Virus record (IMG/VR): IMGVR_UViG_3300047160_000603
Span: 5,126-69,125 of that record
Strand: one strand, 5' to 3'
Length of the DNA: 64,000 nt
From: a virus
Lineage: Duplodnaviria > Caudoviricetes
In this document: positions 1-9,033 of the stretch, one piece after another
Numbering within the stretch: the first letter of the stretch is position 1
How the letters are laid out: each line of letters starts with the position of its first letter
The notes under the pieces: model-generated
The model's database searches: none
Told to the model about the DNA's origin: nothing
The model's input: only the letters and a program-made list of their open reading frames with translations
Translations under genes and position numbers: made by a program

Positions 1-1
1 A

Positions 2-85
2 CTGTTCACCATCGGGCTAATCCTGCTGGCGCACGTGGTGACGAACGTCTATTATCACTTCTTCATCAGACGTCGTCGGCGGTGA
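2..85 (+). CDS. 3' end of a possible membrane protein, truncated by the window edge
   Basis: Frame 2 reads LFTIGLILLAHVVTNVYYHFFIRRRRR*: hydrophobic stretch plus basic tail. Confidence 0.3.
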   Translation: MFTIGLILLAHVVTNVYYHFFIRRRRR

Positions 86-147
86 GTTATGGGCAGTCGT
101 TCGAAGCGTGGTAGATGGCATAATAAATTCAAACAGGGGGACCAACC

Positions 148-1212
148 GTGGAGACTTACCAAGTCCTTGAGCATGAGTGGGCGAACCGTGTTGGCATGTC
201 TAACGTCGTTGGCTGCAACAGCGGTACAGCGGCACTACATCTCGCGATCGAGGCACTACGACTCCCACAAGGGTCGCAGGTGATTGTACCGGACTATGCG
301 ATGGTAGCCTGTGCGCGGGCTGTGTCACTGGCTGGCCTTACCCCCGCGTTTGCTGACGTGCTCGAGCAGGACTACAACCTAGACCCAAAGAGTGTCGAGG
401 ACAACATCCTGGCGATCAACCGTAATGGGAAGCGTTGCTGGCGCTTGGCTAGTGATCCGCCTGTGTCTGCAATCATGGCAGTCCACACCTACGGTCGCCC
501 ATGCAACATGGCGGCGATCTGTGAACTTGCAGCTAAGTACAACATTGCGGTAATCGAGGATCTGGCCGAGTCACACTGCACGTACCCATATCCGGAGTCA
601 GATGCTGCCTGCTGGAGCTTCTATCGCAACAAGGTAGTCTTCGGTGAGGAGGGTGGTGCTGTGGCTTTCCACCACGATCTGAACGCAGAGTATCAGTACG
701 CCAAGAGCCTACGCTGTATCGGCTTCGACAACAACCATGACTACTGGCACAATCCGCGCGGTCACAACTACCGGCTCAGCAACTGCAACGCGGAGGCGAT
801 CCTCACCAATATGCGGCAGATGGATAGTTGGGTACGTCTACGCCTGGACCAGTCTGCAATCTATAACCACGTGCTCGGCACTACTTACCCATCTTCTTCC
901 AGAGAGACACCGTGGGTATATGATCTGCGCATCAAAGGAATGGATCCGTGCGAGCAGCGCATGATTGTGGAGCGGTTGCGTGCTTACGGCATTGGTGCTA
1001 GATACGGGTTCAAGCCATTGAGCCTACAGCCGGAATACAGCTATATCAGTGACCGTGGTGAACTGGAGCGTCAGATACTGCTCACTGCAACCACTGCGGC
1101 ACGCTTGTCACGGGATGTACTGTACCTGCCACTCGGCCAGAACATCACGATGCCTGTTGATAAGATGGCCGAACTGGTGCTGGGTACCCTGGACGACGTG
1201 CTACACCCGTAG
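148..1212 (+). CDS. DegT/DnrJ/EryC1/StrS-family PLP-dependent (sugar) aminotransferase
   Basis: Motifs CNSGTAALHLA, IEDLAESH, SFYRNKVVFGEEGG (PLP lysine), GHNYRL. Confidence 0.9.
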   Translation: METYQVLEHEWANRVGMSNVVGCNSGTAALHLAIEALRLPQGSQVIVPDYAMVACARAVSLAGLTPAFADVLEQDYNLDPKSVEDNILAINRNGKRCWRLASDPPVSAIMAVHTYGRPCNMAAICELAAKYNIAVIEDLAESHCTYPYPESDAACWSFYRNKVVFGEEGGAVAFHHDLNAEYQYAKSLRCIGFDNNHDYWHNPRGHNYRLSNCNAEAILTNMRQMDSWVRLRLDQSAIYNHVLGTTYPSSSRETPWVYDLRIKGMDPCEQRMIVERLRAYGIGARYGFKPLSLQPEYSYISDRGELERQILLTATTAARLSRDVLYLPLGQNITMPVDKMAELVLGTLDDVLHP

Positions 1213-1307
1213 TGTGTATTAGGCAGCGTCTAGACTATAGGTATGGTAATTTACCCCTACCAACCTGGACGCCTCGCTAATGCACACCAGGACGTCTTAA
1301 AACGCAA

Positions 1308-1344
1308 AAACCCTGCACCAGCCACAAGGGCCAATGCAGGGTTT
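1308..1344. terminator. Likely bidirectional intrinsic terminator
   Basis: AAACCCTGCA / TGCAGGGTTT stem between convergent genes, A-run before and T-rich after. Confidence 0.7.
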
Positions 1345-1364
1345 AGTGTTTAGCTGCCAACCTG

Positions 1365-1559
1365 TTAGGTTGGGTCTTCTGGTGGCTGGGGTGGGGTGGG
1401 TGGTACGCTTGCGGCAGCCGTTATGCTGCGCTTGGCACGTATGGTGAACCGCTCCACACAGGCACGGCATATCACGGTCTCACCTCTCACCACTTGGCAC
1501 AACGGGATTGCGGGTTCGCCGCAGTAGTCACACAGCACGTTGATTTCCAGGTCAGGCAT
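1365..1559 (-). CDS. Small hypothetical protein with two CxxC motifs
   Basis: CDYC...CRAC, Pro-rich tail, upstream GGAG at about 1566-1569. Confidence 0.5.
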   Translation of the reverse strand: MPDLEINVLCDYCGEPAIPLCQVVRGETVICRACVERFTIRAKRSITAAASVPPTPPQPPEDPT

Positions 1560-1594
1560 CGTTACTCTCCGTTAGGAATGCTTCCACTTATCTA

Positions 1595-3781
1595 CTAGAC
1601 GACATAGATCAGCTCATTGATGGCGCGGGTCTTGGCGACGTAACGTAGGTTACGCTCCTCGATACGTTGCCACGCTGACATCTTCGCCTCGCTGCGTCCA
1701 GGGTACACGGCGGGTCGCAGGTAGAATACGCGATTGGCTTCGAGTCCTTTGCTCTTGTGGATGGACATGAGCCGTACCTTCTTGATGTCCTTACCTTCCT
1801 CATCCTTGACGAATACCTGCTGGATGCGGTCGATTACCTGTCGCACTGTTTGCAACCCTTCACTGAAGAACATGGCACAGTCATAACGGTCCTTGAGCAT
1901 CTGCATGAAGGATTCGCGTGGGTTGCGTTTGGCTTGCTCCTTGGTTAGCTCCTCGTGCAGCCAGTCGTCCAGCCTGCCTACTAACTCTTGCACCGTGTTC
2001 ACCTTCATCTTGGTGATGAGGTTAATGATCTGCTGTGCAATGTCCCTACCTTGGATGGTGGCTGGCTTACCCATCTTCATTAGCTTGAAATATTGACTAA
2101 CCAAGGGTGCCACGCTACGACACAGCACCATGTCACCGACCTGTACGTCCGGCAAGTAGGTATCCTCGATAGGGATCTCCTTGGTGGTGCGTTCACCGTT
2201 TGCACCACGTGGACCCGGCTGCAACGGGTAATTCATGGTCTTGACAATGCCTTCTGGGTTGCTGGGATGGGCGAAGAAGTCTGGTACTTCCTGGTTCGCC
2301 TCACGAACGATGGCCTTACCACAACGTCGCGTGACGGTTAGCTTGCGTTCAGCCACGCCTTGCGGCTGTTCCTGCAGGTACCGTAGGATAGTGGGCATCG
2401 AATCGCTGTCCGCACCAGCAAAACCGAAGATGGCTTGTGCCGGGTCACCACACAGGATGAGACGCCTACCCAGGCGCTTAATGAGTGCATGCTGACAAGC
2501 GTTCATATCCTGTGCCTCGTCCACGAACAGTATGTCAAACTTGAATAGCGGTAAGTTTAGCACCACAGGTAGCCAGATCATGTCGGCATGTGTGATGCAG
2601 CCGTCTTTCGATACATCGAGCATCCGGTTCATCACCTGAGGCACTAACCCGAAGATCTGCTGCTCCAATCGATCTTCCCCGGTGTCAATGTCGTACCGCT
2701 GACACATCTCCAACATCACTTGTGTCCAGTCTTCACCGTGATGCTGGTCGGGGTCCACGAGGTTCAGTTGGCACTTCTCCACCAAGTTTTCGACGGCACC
2801 AATGATTGTTGGTGTTTCCCTACGTAGCTCACGGATGTCTTTGCCTGTTAGCTCTTGGATGATGTTGGGGATACGTTCCTCGCCGCGCTCAACGGCATCT
2901 TTCGGCAGGTTGAACGCTTTAGCAACGGCACGGAACCCGATGCTGTGTAGGGTCTTGGCGTCCACACCTTCTGGTACACGTTCCCGTAGCGTTGCAGCAA
3001 TCTCGCGGCCGAACGCAGCAAAGCAGGTGAATTTATGGTACCGCGACTGCAACACTACATCCCATATGGACTGCTGCTCGTTACTGGGCTTAATCCCAGG
3101 GTCGAGCATCTTTAGTCGCTTGATGCCACCGACAAGCGTGGTGGTCTTGCCGGTACCAGCCCGCGCCGTGATCATCATGTGTGGTGGGATGTTCTGCTGC
3201 TCGACTTTACGCTGTTCTGCCACGGCTGCCATCTTCTGCCCGAGCAGACTCATTGGTTGCGTCGTGGTAGCAGATGTGGGTGCAACAGTTGCAACCTCCT
3301 TCTCTGCCTGTTCTGCAAGCCAGCCATCGGTCCAGTGGACTGGGCGGTCAACCGGTTCTTTGATAGTGATGGTGCCTTCAGTCTCCAGGCGTGGGACGTC
3401 GATAGTAGCGGGTTCGGTGTCTAAGAACCCGGTCAGCAGATTGGGTTCGCTGTCAGAAGAACTTGGAATTGGAGGTTGTGTCGTAGTTTGACTAGTTGGC
3501 AGGGTAGGAGATGTGGGGATCTTGGCAACCTTCACCTTCTGGATAGGGTCCGGGTTCTGCTTACCCTCCGGCTTATGTAGGACTGACCCGACGTCCTTCT
3601 TGCTGGTCAGGACGTCAACATAGGACCGACCACGCTTGTCATTGTCTTTCTTCTTCCAGCCGTGCTTCTTGGCCTTCTCGAACATGCACTTCTGGGAACA
3701 GTAACCTTTCAGGTCGGCGCGGGACTTGGCTTCGTCGTACACTTTACCGCATTGACGGCATACACACATCACACGCATCAC
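1595..3781 (-). CDS. UvrD/Rep-like superfamily 1 helicase with N-terminal Cys finger
   Basis: ARAGTGKTT, FVDEAQD, GDPAQAIFGFAGAD, SIHKSKGLE, YVAKTRA; N-terminal CxxC...YCSxxC. Confidence 0.9.
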   Translation of the reverse strand: MMRVMCVCRQCGKVYDEAKSRADLKGYCSQKCMFEKAKKHGWKKKDNDKRGRSYVDVLTSKKDVGSVLHKPEGKQNPDPIQKVKVAKIPTSPTLPTSQTTTQPPIPSSSDSEPNLLTGFLDTEPATIDVPRLETEGTITIKEPVDRPVHWTDGWLAEQAEKEVATVAPTSATTTQPMSLLGQKMAAVAEQRKVEQQNIPPHMMITARAGTGKTTTLVGGIKRLKMLDPGIKPSNEQQSIWDVVLQSRYHKFTCFAAFGREIAATLRERVPEGVDAKTLHSIGFRAVAKAFNLPKDAVERGEERIPNIIQELTGKDIRELRRETPTIIGAVENLVEKCQLNLVDPDQHHGEDWTQVMLEMCQRYDIDTGEDRLEQQIFGLVPQVMNRMLDVSKDGCITHADMIWLPVVLNLPLFKFDILFVDEAQDMNACQHALIKRLGRRLILCGDPAQAIFGFAGADSDSMPTILRYLQEQPQGVAERKLTVTRRCGKAIVREANQEVPDFFAHPSNPEGIVKTMNYPLQPGPRGANGERTTKEIPIEDTYLPDVQVGDMVLCRSVAPLVSQYFKLMKMGKPATIQGRDIAQQIINLITKMKVNTVQELVGRLDDWLHEELTKEQAKRNPRESFMQMLKDRYDCAMFFSEGLQTVRQVIDRIQQVFVKDEEGKDIKKVRLMSIHKSKGLEANRVFYLRPAVYPGRSEAKMSAWQRIEERNLRYVAKTRAINELIYVV

Positions 3782-3904
3782 ATTCTCCTTGCTGCATCAC
3801 GCAGTAGGTTGTGGAGTTGGTGCTGTTCCACTTCAGTAGGCAACCGTCACGGCTGCTCCCAGCGCCCTCCCCACGAGCAGGAGGGCAGTAGGAGGAGTCG
3901 CTAC

Positions 3905-4126
3905 TTAATCAGAGCCACCACCCTCTCCGCCGACTTCCGGCGTGTCGAGGGTAGCCACTCCGCCACCATCATCGTCGATCTCGTTGGTAGTGAGGTCGTT
4001 AAATACTGCCGGGTTGATGGTGGGTGCATCGTCCGGCATCTGGTTGTTGGTGCGCCGGGTGGCGCAGTTGGCGCGGTGATCTTGCTTGTCGAGGTCTACG
4101 CCACACTTGGGACAGAGTCGAGCCAT
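3905..4126 (-). CDS. Small hypothetical protein (CPKC...HxxxC, acidic tail)
   Basis: AAGGAG upstream of ATG at 4126. Confidence 0.6.
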   Translation of the reverse strand: MARLCPKCGVDLDKQDHRANCATRRTNNQMPDDAPTINPAVFNDLTTNEIDDDGGGVATLDTPEVGGEGGGSD

Positions 4127-4153
4127 TTGATTCTCCTTAATGTGTAGCACCCA

Positions 4154-5929
4154 CTAGCCGTTGGTGCCACCACGAAGGCTACCCGGTTTTATCCCTGGTT
4201 TGGTACTGGGCTTGGTAGGTTTACCGTCGTTACCGTTGGGGCTTACAGGCTTATCGCCTGCAGGCTTATTGGCTGTATCGGGTTTTGCACCACCACCCGG
4301 CTTGACGGGGCTTGTTGGCGTCGCTGGGGGTGTAGGCATGGTCGCTGGGGACTTTAACACAAAGTCGGTAACGGTCCAGTCCTTGGCGGTCTGTCCCGGG
4401 TAGCACTGTGCCAACTTGTGCCCAGCAGCAATCATCTTGGTGGCAACCACTTCCAACTTCTCCGGCGGGAAGGACGCACAGATCAACCCTGCCTTCTGTA
4501 CGAATTTCTCCCCGGTCGCCTTACTATACGCTTCCGCGTCGACCTCCCACAGTACCCACGCACCTTCAGCACGGATCATCAGGATGCGATCCGGGTTGGT
4601 CTTACGCAGTGCCGTGAGTTGCTTGAGGATACCGTCCTTGTTGGGTCCTTTGTTCACTTGACGTTTGGGTTTGTCGTTAGGTGGTGGTTCAGCGTCGGTA
4701 CCGGGCGTGTCGGTCGGCTCCTCATCTTCCTGGTTATTTTCACCGCGGAACTGCACCTCAGCTTCGTGACCCATGTCGATGCCACCAAAGTTAGGCCATT
4801 CTGCGATGAATGTGTTACCATGGTTATCCGGTTCGGTACGCTTGAGTGTGCAGGCTGTGGCAGTGAGTGGCTTACCGTCCAGGTATAGATCCCAAGCCAG
4901 TGCCAGCACTGCGTACACTTCTTCACGATTGCCACGTCCACCAGTGGTTTCATCGTTCAGTGCAGACAGAGCGTACCGCAGTTCTTGGAAGTCCGGCAGC
5001 CCAGCGTTTGCCAACTTGACCCAGAACACTTTCGCGTTCTCCATCTGGTCGAAGTTAACTTTATCCTCACTCTTCGACGTCATCAGGTGATAGTCCTCAC
5101 TTTCGGTATCAGTGGCAGCCATTAGGTACATCAGGCTTGCGGCTGCACCGAGTGTGACGTACTTGCTAATGTTGTCCTTGACGTTCTCCTGGATAATGTG
5201 TTTGACGCACACCTCCAACGTGCTGTGACGCTTGAGGTAGTCACGCATCTCGGCGATGGTGTGCTTACCTTTCCGCTTACCAAACCAGCCACCCCCTTCG
5301 CCACCAGTGCGCATCCACAGGGTCTTCACCGCGTTCATGCAGGCAATCGCCAACTTCTTACGCTGAACTGGTGGTTCCTTGCGAAAGAGCTCGTCGCGGT
5401 ACAGCACGTCACCGAATGACCGTGACTTGGCAGTGTCAATGGTGTTGACCGTATCATCGTCTTCCGAGATGCCATACGTCACGTCCTTATCGAGCGTGAT
5501 GGGCTTGTCACCCCAGATCTCCAACCAGTGTGCTTTGTCCGGACCAGTACGCTCATGTTCTGCGAAGATACACGCAGTCATGGTGTGCTGCCCATTCAGT
5601 ACCATCCCAGTCACGCCGATGATGAAGGGTTCACCGTTATAGCGGATATATCTGTTCAACACGTCCCGCTTAATGGTATCTACATTGGTCATGTAGATTG
5701 GGCGGTTAATGACGTTGTTGGTGCAGCGTACCTTCCGCTTGGTGTACGGGTTGACGAACAGGTAGTCTTCACCCCAATCATCGTTGTCAGGTGCCTCGAC
5801 CCAGCCCATCAGCTCCTTCATCTTCTCGATAGTAAGTAGCTCACCCGGTTTGCTTCTGGTGCGTTCCGGGTATTTGATGGGTCGGCTACTCTTCGGCTGT
5901 GGTTTCTTGCTGGTCTTCTGCGCAACCAT
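4154..5929 (-). CDS. ParB-like N-terminal domain plus C-terminal MutS domain-I-like module
   Basis: NRP...NGEP...LNGQHT resembles ParB-like phage proteins; LRKTNPDRILMIR...DAEAY...FPPEKL...GHKLAQC resembles MutS_I. Confidence 0.55.
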   Translation of the reverse strand: MVAQKTSKKPQPKSSRPIKYPERTRSKPGELLTIEKMKELMGWVEAPDNDDWGEDYLFVNPYTKRKVRCTNNVINRPIYMTNVDTIKRDVLNRYIRYNGEPFIIGVTGMVLNGQHTMTACIFAEHERTGPDKAHWLEIWGDKPITLDKDVTYGISEDDDTVNTIDTAKSRSFGDVLYRDELFRKEPPVQRKKLAIACMNAVKTLWMRTGGEGGGWFGKRKGKHTIAEMRDYLKRHSTLEVCVKHIIQENVKDNISKYVTLGAAASLMYLMAATDTESEDYHLMTSKSEDKVNFDQMENAKVFWVKLANAGLPDFQELRYALSALNDETTGGRGNREEVYAVLALAWDLYLDGKPLTATACTLKRTEPDNHGNTFIAEWPNFGGIDMGHEAEVQFRGENNQEDEEPTDTPGTDAEPPPNDKPKRQVNKGPNKDGILKQLTALRKTNPDRILMIRAEGAWVLWEVDAEAYSKATGEKFVQKAGLICASFPPEKLEVVATKMIAAGHKLAQCYPGQTAKDWTVTDFVLKSPATMPTPPATPTSPVKPGGGAKPDTANKPAGDKPVSPNGNDGKPTKPSTKPGIKPGSLRGGTNG

Positions 5930-6209
5930 CTGTGTCTCCTTGTGCGTCGGGATTGTCCAGTGCCTGCGTGACGCGCCGCAGGATGGTAGCTTCGTGGTCT
6001 TTCTTGCGGATGGTACCGAGGATATTTAACTGGCTCGGTGTTAGCTCTATCTCTGTACGGAACTTACCGGGGAGGTCATCGAAGTCGCCGAGTTGCCACT
6101 GGTAGACGTACCACATGATCAGCGTCACGCTGGTGATACGGTCCTTTACTTGGTCCACCGGGTCGTCCTCGAACAGGACATCCGCCAATAATGGGCGGTC
6201 CTGTGACAC
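5886..6209 (-). CDS. Hypothetical protein
   Basis: In operon, upstream AGGAG. Confidence 0.55.
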   Translation of the reverse strand: MSQDRPLLADVLFEDDPVDQVKDRITSVTLIMWYVYQWQLGDFDDLPGKFRTEIELTPSQLNILGTIRKKDHEATILRRVTQALDNPDAQGDTDGCAEDQQETTAEE

Positions 6210-6243
6210 GCTTTCACTCCTAGGGCATCGTGGGTAAAGAAAT

Positions 6244-6269
6244 ACAGGGGAGTAGGGGGACTCCCCTGT
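6244..6269 (-). terminator. Intrinsic terminator-like hairpin
   Basis: ACAGGGGAGT / ACTCCCCTGT 10-bp stem followed by ATTTCTTT on the minus strand. Confidence 0.65.
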
Positions 6270-6285
6270 TAACGTAGCGGATTGG

Positions 6286-6636
6286 TCACTCGGTCTCGTC
6301 TGCGGTGCCGTTATTGTCGGCGTCCTTGGGCTTACCGTGGACGACGCTGGCGTTGATGGTCACCTGCAATTTGACCGGCTTGCCATCGATCTCGATAAAC
6401 ACCTTATCACTAAGGAAGTAGCCGTAGCCACCCTTCGCGAACGTCTTCTTGTTCGCGAACTTGTTGGTGAATACCTTGCCGAGCTCGACGACCTGCGGTG
6501 CCTTCGCCTCGAAGTCTTCCTTACTAATGTCAGGCTTCTTGGCTGGTTTGCCACTGGCATCCGGGGCATTGTCACCGCGCTTGCGACCGGTCTCAGTGTC
6601 ACTGCCGTGCACGCCAACCTTCTTATCACGACCCAT
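6286..6636 (-). CDS. Hypothetical Lys/Asp-rich protein
   Basis: Strong RBS CACAAGGAG, in operon. Confidence 0.7.
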   Translation of the reverse strand: MGRDKKVGVHGSDTETGRKRGDNAPDASGKPAKKPDISKEDFEAKAPQVVELGKVFTNKFANKKTFAKGGYGYFLSDKVFIEIDGKPVKLQVTINASVVHGKPKDADNNGTADETE

Positions 6637-6778
6637 GATCTAGTCTCCTTGTGTGCCACTATCAGCTATCTGCCTTGTACAGATACCCACTCCCGCCGAC
6701 GTGGAGGCTGTGGCTTGGGGGAGCGAACTTGCGGACTGCGTAGGCGTCGCAGTGTACCGCAAGTCGGTAGTAGTGTGC

Positions 6779-7906
6779 TTACTCAAACATAAGCGGTTTC
6801 AGCCTGCTAGACATTGCAGCGTTCAGCGCCTTGATGTGTTTGCAAGCGTGCTTACGCTTCGCGTGGTCGTCGCAGGTACAGGATACGGCTTGTGCATTGC
6901 GGTCGAACTTGACCATGTAGCGGACAGCTACAAAGTCCGCACCGAGATACTCCAGCATCACGTCCTGCTTGCTTTCGATGAACAGGTACTCGCGGTCAGT
7001 ACCACCAGCCATTGCGATGCGGATACGTTCGTCACCTGTCACCGGGTCACGTGGCAACCATTGAACGATGTTCTGGACCGGCTTCGGCGGCTCCGGCACT
7101 GCGTTACGTGTGTTCCACCAGTCGGCGAACTTGACTGGGCGGTTGTGTGGCTCCTGCTGACGTTGCAGATAGTCACGCACTGCAGTGATCCACGGTTGAG
7201 CATTGGCGAGGGTCCAGGTCTCGAAGTCCTGGATGGCTGGCTTGTTGGAGCTATTATCGTTGGACCAGTCCACAAGATAGTTGTGATAGGCTACAGCAAC
7301 CTCTGCGGCAGTGCTGTAGGTATTCTGCAACACTGTGGCTACCTTCTCATTGACTCTGCTGGGGTTAGTCATCAGCCGTTTATACTTCACCCCAACCCAT
7401 TCGTCGAACGACATCGGGTTCGGCACCCCAGCCCGCTCGCGGTCGTATTCCGCTCGTAGTGCTTTCCAACCCATACGGGCAGCCACACCAATCGACACGC
7501 CGCAACACGGTCCTTCATGCCCTTCCTCCAGACGGCAGCGTTGGGAGACCGGCTCGGTTCCACCTTCCTTGACCCACTGCTTGCACTGTGGAACTATACT
7601 AGTCTTGTTGTCCAGCCGACCATAGATGGTCTCCTGTGGCGGCTCGGGCAGGCGGTCGTTCACTGCCTGTACGGACTTGTCCTCGACCTTACTGCGGAAC
7701 TTGGCAGCGGACTTGAACGTGGTCTTGCGTTTGGTGCTGAGGTTCAGCACGTCGTAGACAGTCTTGTCAGTCATGGTCAAACCACCTCCGTAGGTGTTCC
7801 GGCGGCTGTGCTGTGTCTTGCGGATCTCCAGCACCTTGACCGTCACCACGTTGCCACCAATCTTCGCTTTGTACTTGCCACCCTTCACGATCTCTGATGC
7901 TAACAT
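6779..7906 (-). CDS. SWIM zinc-finger domain protein
   Basis: C-terminal SCTCDDHAKRKHACKHIKAL matches CxC...CxH; start moved to the ATG with an RBS. Confidence 0.75.
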   Translation of the reverse strand: MLASEIVKGGKYKAKIGGNVVTVKVLEIRKTQHSRRNTYGGGLTMTDKTVYDVLNLSTKRKTTFKSAAKFRSKVEDKSVQAVNDRLPEPPQETIYGRLDNKTSIVPQCKQWVKEGGTEPVSQRCRLEEGHEGPCCGVSIGVAARMGWKALRAEYDRERAGVPNPMSFDEWVGVKYKRLMTNPSRVNEKVATVLQNTYSTAAEVAVAYHNYLVDWSNDNSSNKPAIQDFETWTLANAQPWITAVRDYLQRQQEPHNRPVKFADWWNTRNAVPEPPKPVQNIVQWLPRDPVTGDERIRIAMAGGTDREYLFIESKQDVMLEYLGADFVAVRYMVKFDRNAQAVSCTCDDHAKRKHACKHIKALNAAMSSRLKPLMFE

Positions 7907-8032
7907 GCTTTGCTCCTTGTGTGGCGAACCAGAAATTGGTCGCTCGCGGGAGGCTGGTACCCAGCCCCAGCCACCCACGAGGGATCAACTGCTTGGTGAT
8001 GCTTCTTGCCTCGACACACATCGTACAGGTAA

Positions 8033-8893
8033 TCACCCATGATGTCTTCGAGAGACTCCGATCAGCCGTTCACCAGCATTGGTGATGTGGTAGATGCCCT
8101 TATCGTCCACGCGGATCAACCCGTCACCGATCATGGTACCCGTCGGGCAGTTGCCTTTCGTATGTGCTCCCAGCAGTTTCGACCAACCCTTTTCAACGCC
8201 GGTCTTGGCTACCAACACTGACCGCGCTAGACCGTCCTTGGCGGTGTACAGTAGTGCCAACACTTGCTTACGTAGGTCGCTGCCTTTGGCACGGGGTGTA
8301 GGTGCCGTTTTAAAGGTCCCCGCTGTGTCAATACTGGTCGTTGTGGTGGTGGCTGGCTTGACAGGCTGTGGTGTGGGTGTGACCACTGGTGTCGGTTTAG
8401 GGGTTTCGTATTTGGTGGTGGGTGCACCACGCTTCTTGAACGCAGCCCATGACTCACCCGGTGCAGCACACTCAAGGTATTTGACGCCGTTGGCCTTTTC
8501 CCATGTAGAGACTTCAGCGTAGATGGCTTTCTCTTCAGGTGACATGCGGTATTCCGGCTTATCGCTACCAATATAGTACACGATACCATTGAACGCTGGG
8601 TCGTTGGGATCAGTGGGACCGGTCAGGCTAGTACGGTGGCAGCGTGCCAAATCCAATTCAGGCTGCTTGGCTTTCGACTTGGGTGTAGGCTTCTGGCGAC
8701 CCACACCCGTTACCGTGACGGGTTTGGCAAGCGTCGGCTTCGCAGCCTTCTTGCCGGGTTTCACGGCTGGCTTCGGTGCATCCACTAACAGACCAACCGT
8801 GCTGTTCCCCGTCGGCTGTGTTTCCACGACTGTTGGTGCGGGTTGGGCTGCGGCTGGCGTTGCGGTCTTGGCGGTTTTCTTGGCGGTGACCAT
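8033..8893 (-). CDS. Ala/Lys/Pro-rich protein with C-terminal winged-helix-like domain (paralog of 21825-22196)
   Basis: AKK-rich N-terminus; C-terminal AKDGL.R..L..KTG..KGW.K.LGA.T.G shared with the paralog. Confidence 0.65.
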   Translation of the reverse strand: MVTAKKTAKTATPAAAQPAPTVVETQPTGNSTVGLLVDAPKPAVKPGKKAAKPTLAKPVTVTGVGRQKPTPKSKAKQPELDLARCHRTSLTGPTDPNDPAFNGIVYYIGSDKPEYRMSPEEKAIYAEVSTWEKANGVKYLECAAPGESWAAFKKRGAPTTKYETPKPTPVVTPTPQPVKPATTTTTSIDTAGTFKTAPTPRAKGSDLRKQVLALLYTAKDGLARSVLVAKTGVEKGWSKLLGAHTKGNCPTGTMIGDGLIRVDDKGIYHITNAGERLIGVSRRHHG

Positions 8894-9033
8894 TAGCTTT
8901 GCTCCTGAGTACAAAATCCAGGTACTCGACTGGAATTGTGAGAAGGACGTGCATTGCACACCCCACAGAGACGTCTGGTCTCGTCAGCACACGCATCACA
9001 CGTGTGGACCGTGCACAGTCGCACGGTTTCGAC

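Noticed and set aside
89-283. 64-aa ORF overlapping the aminotransferase
   Set aside because: Mostly overlaps a well-supported gene in another frame and has no motif
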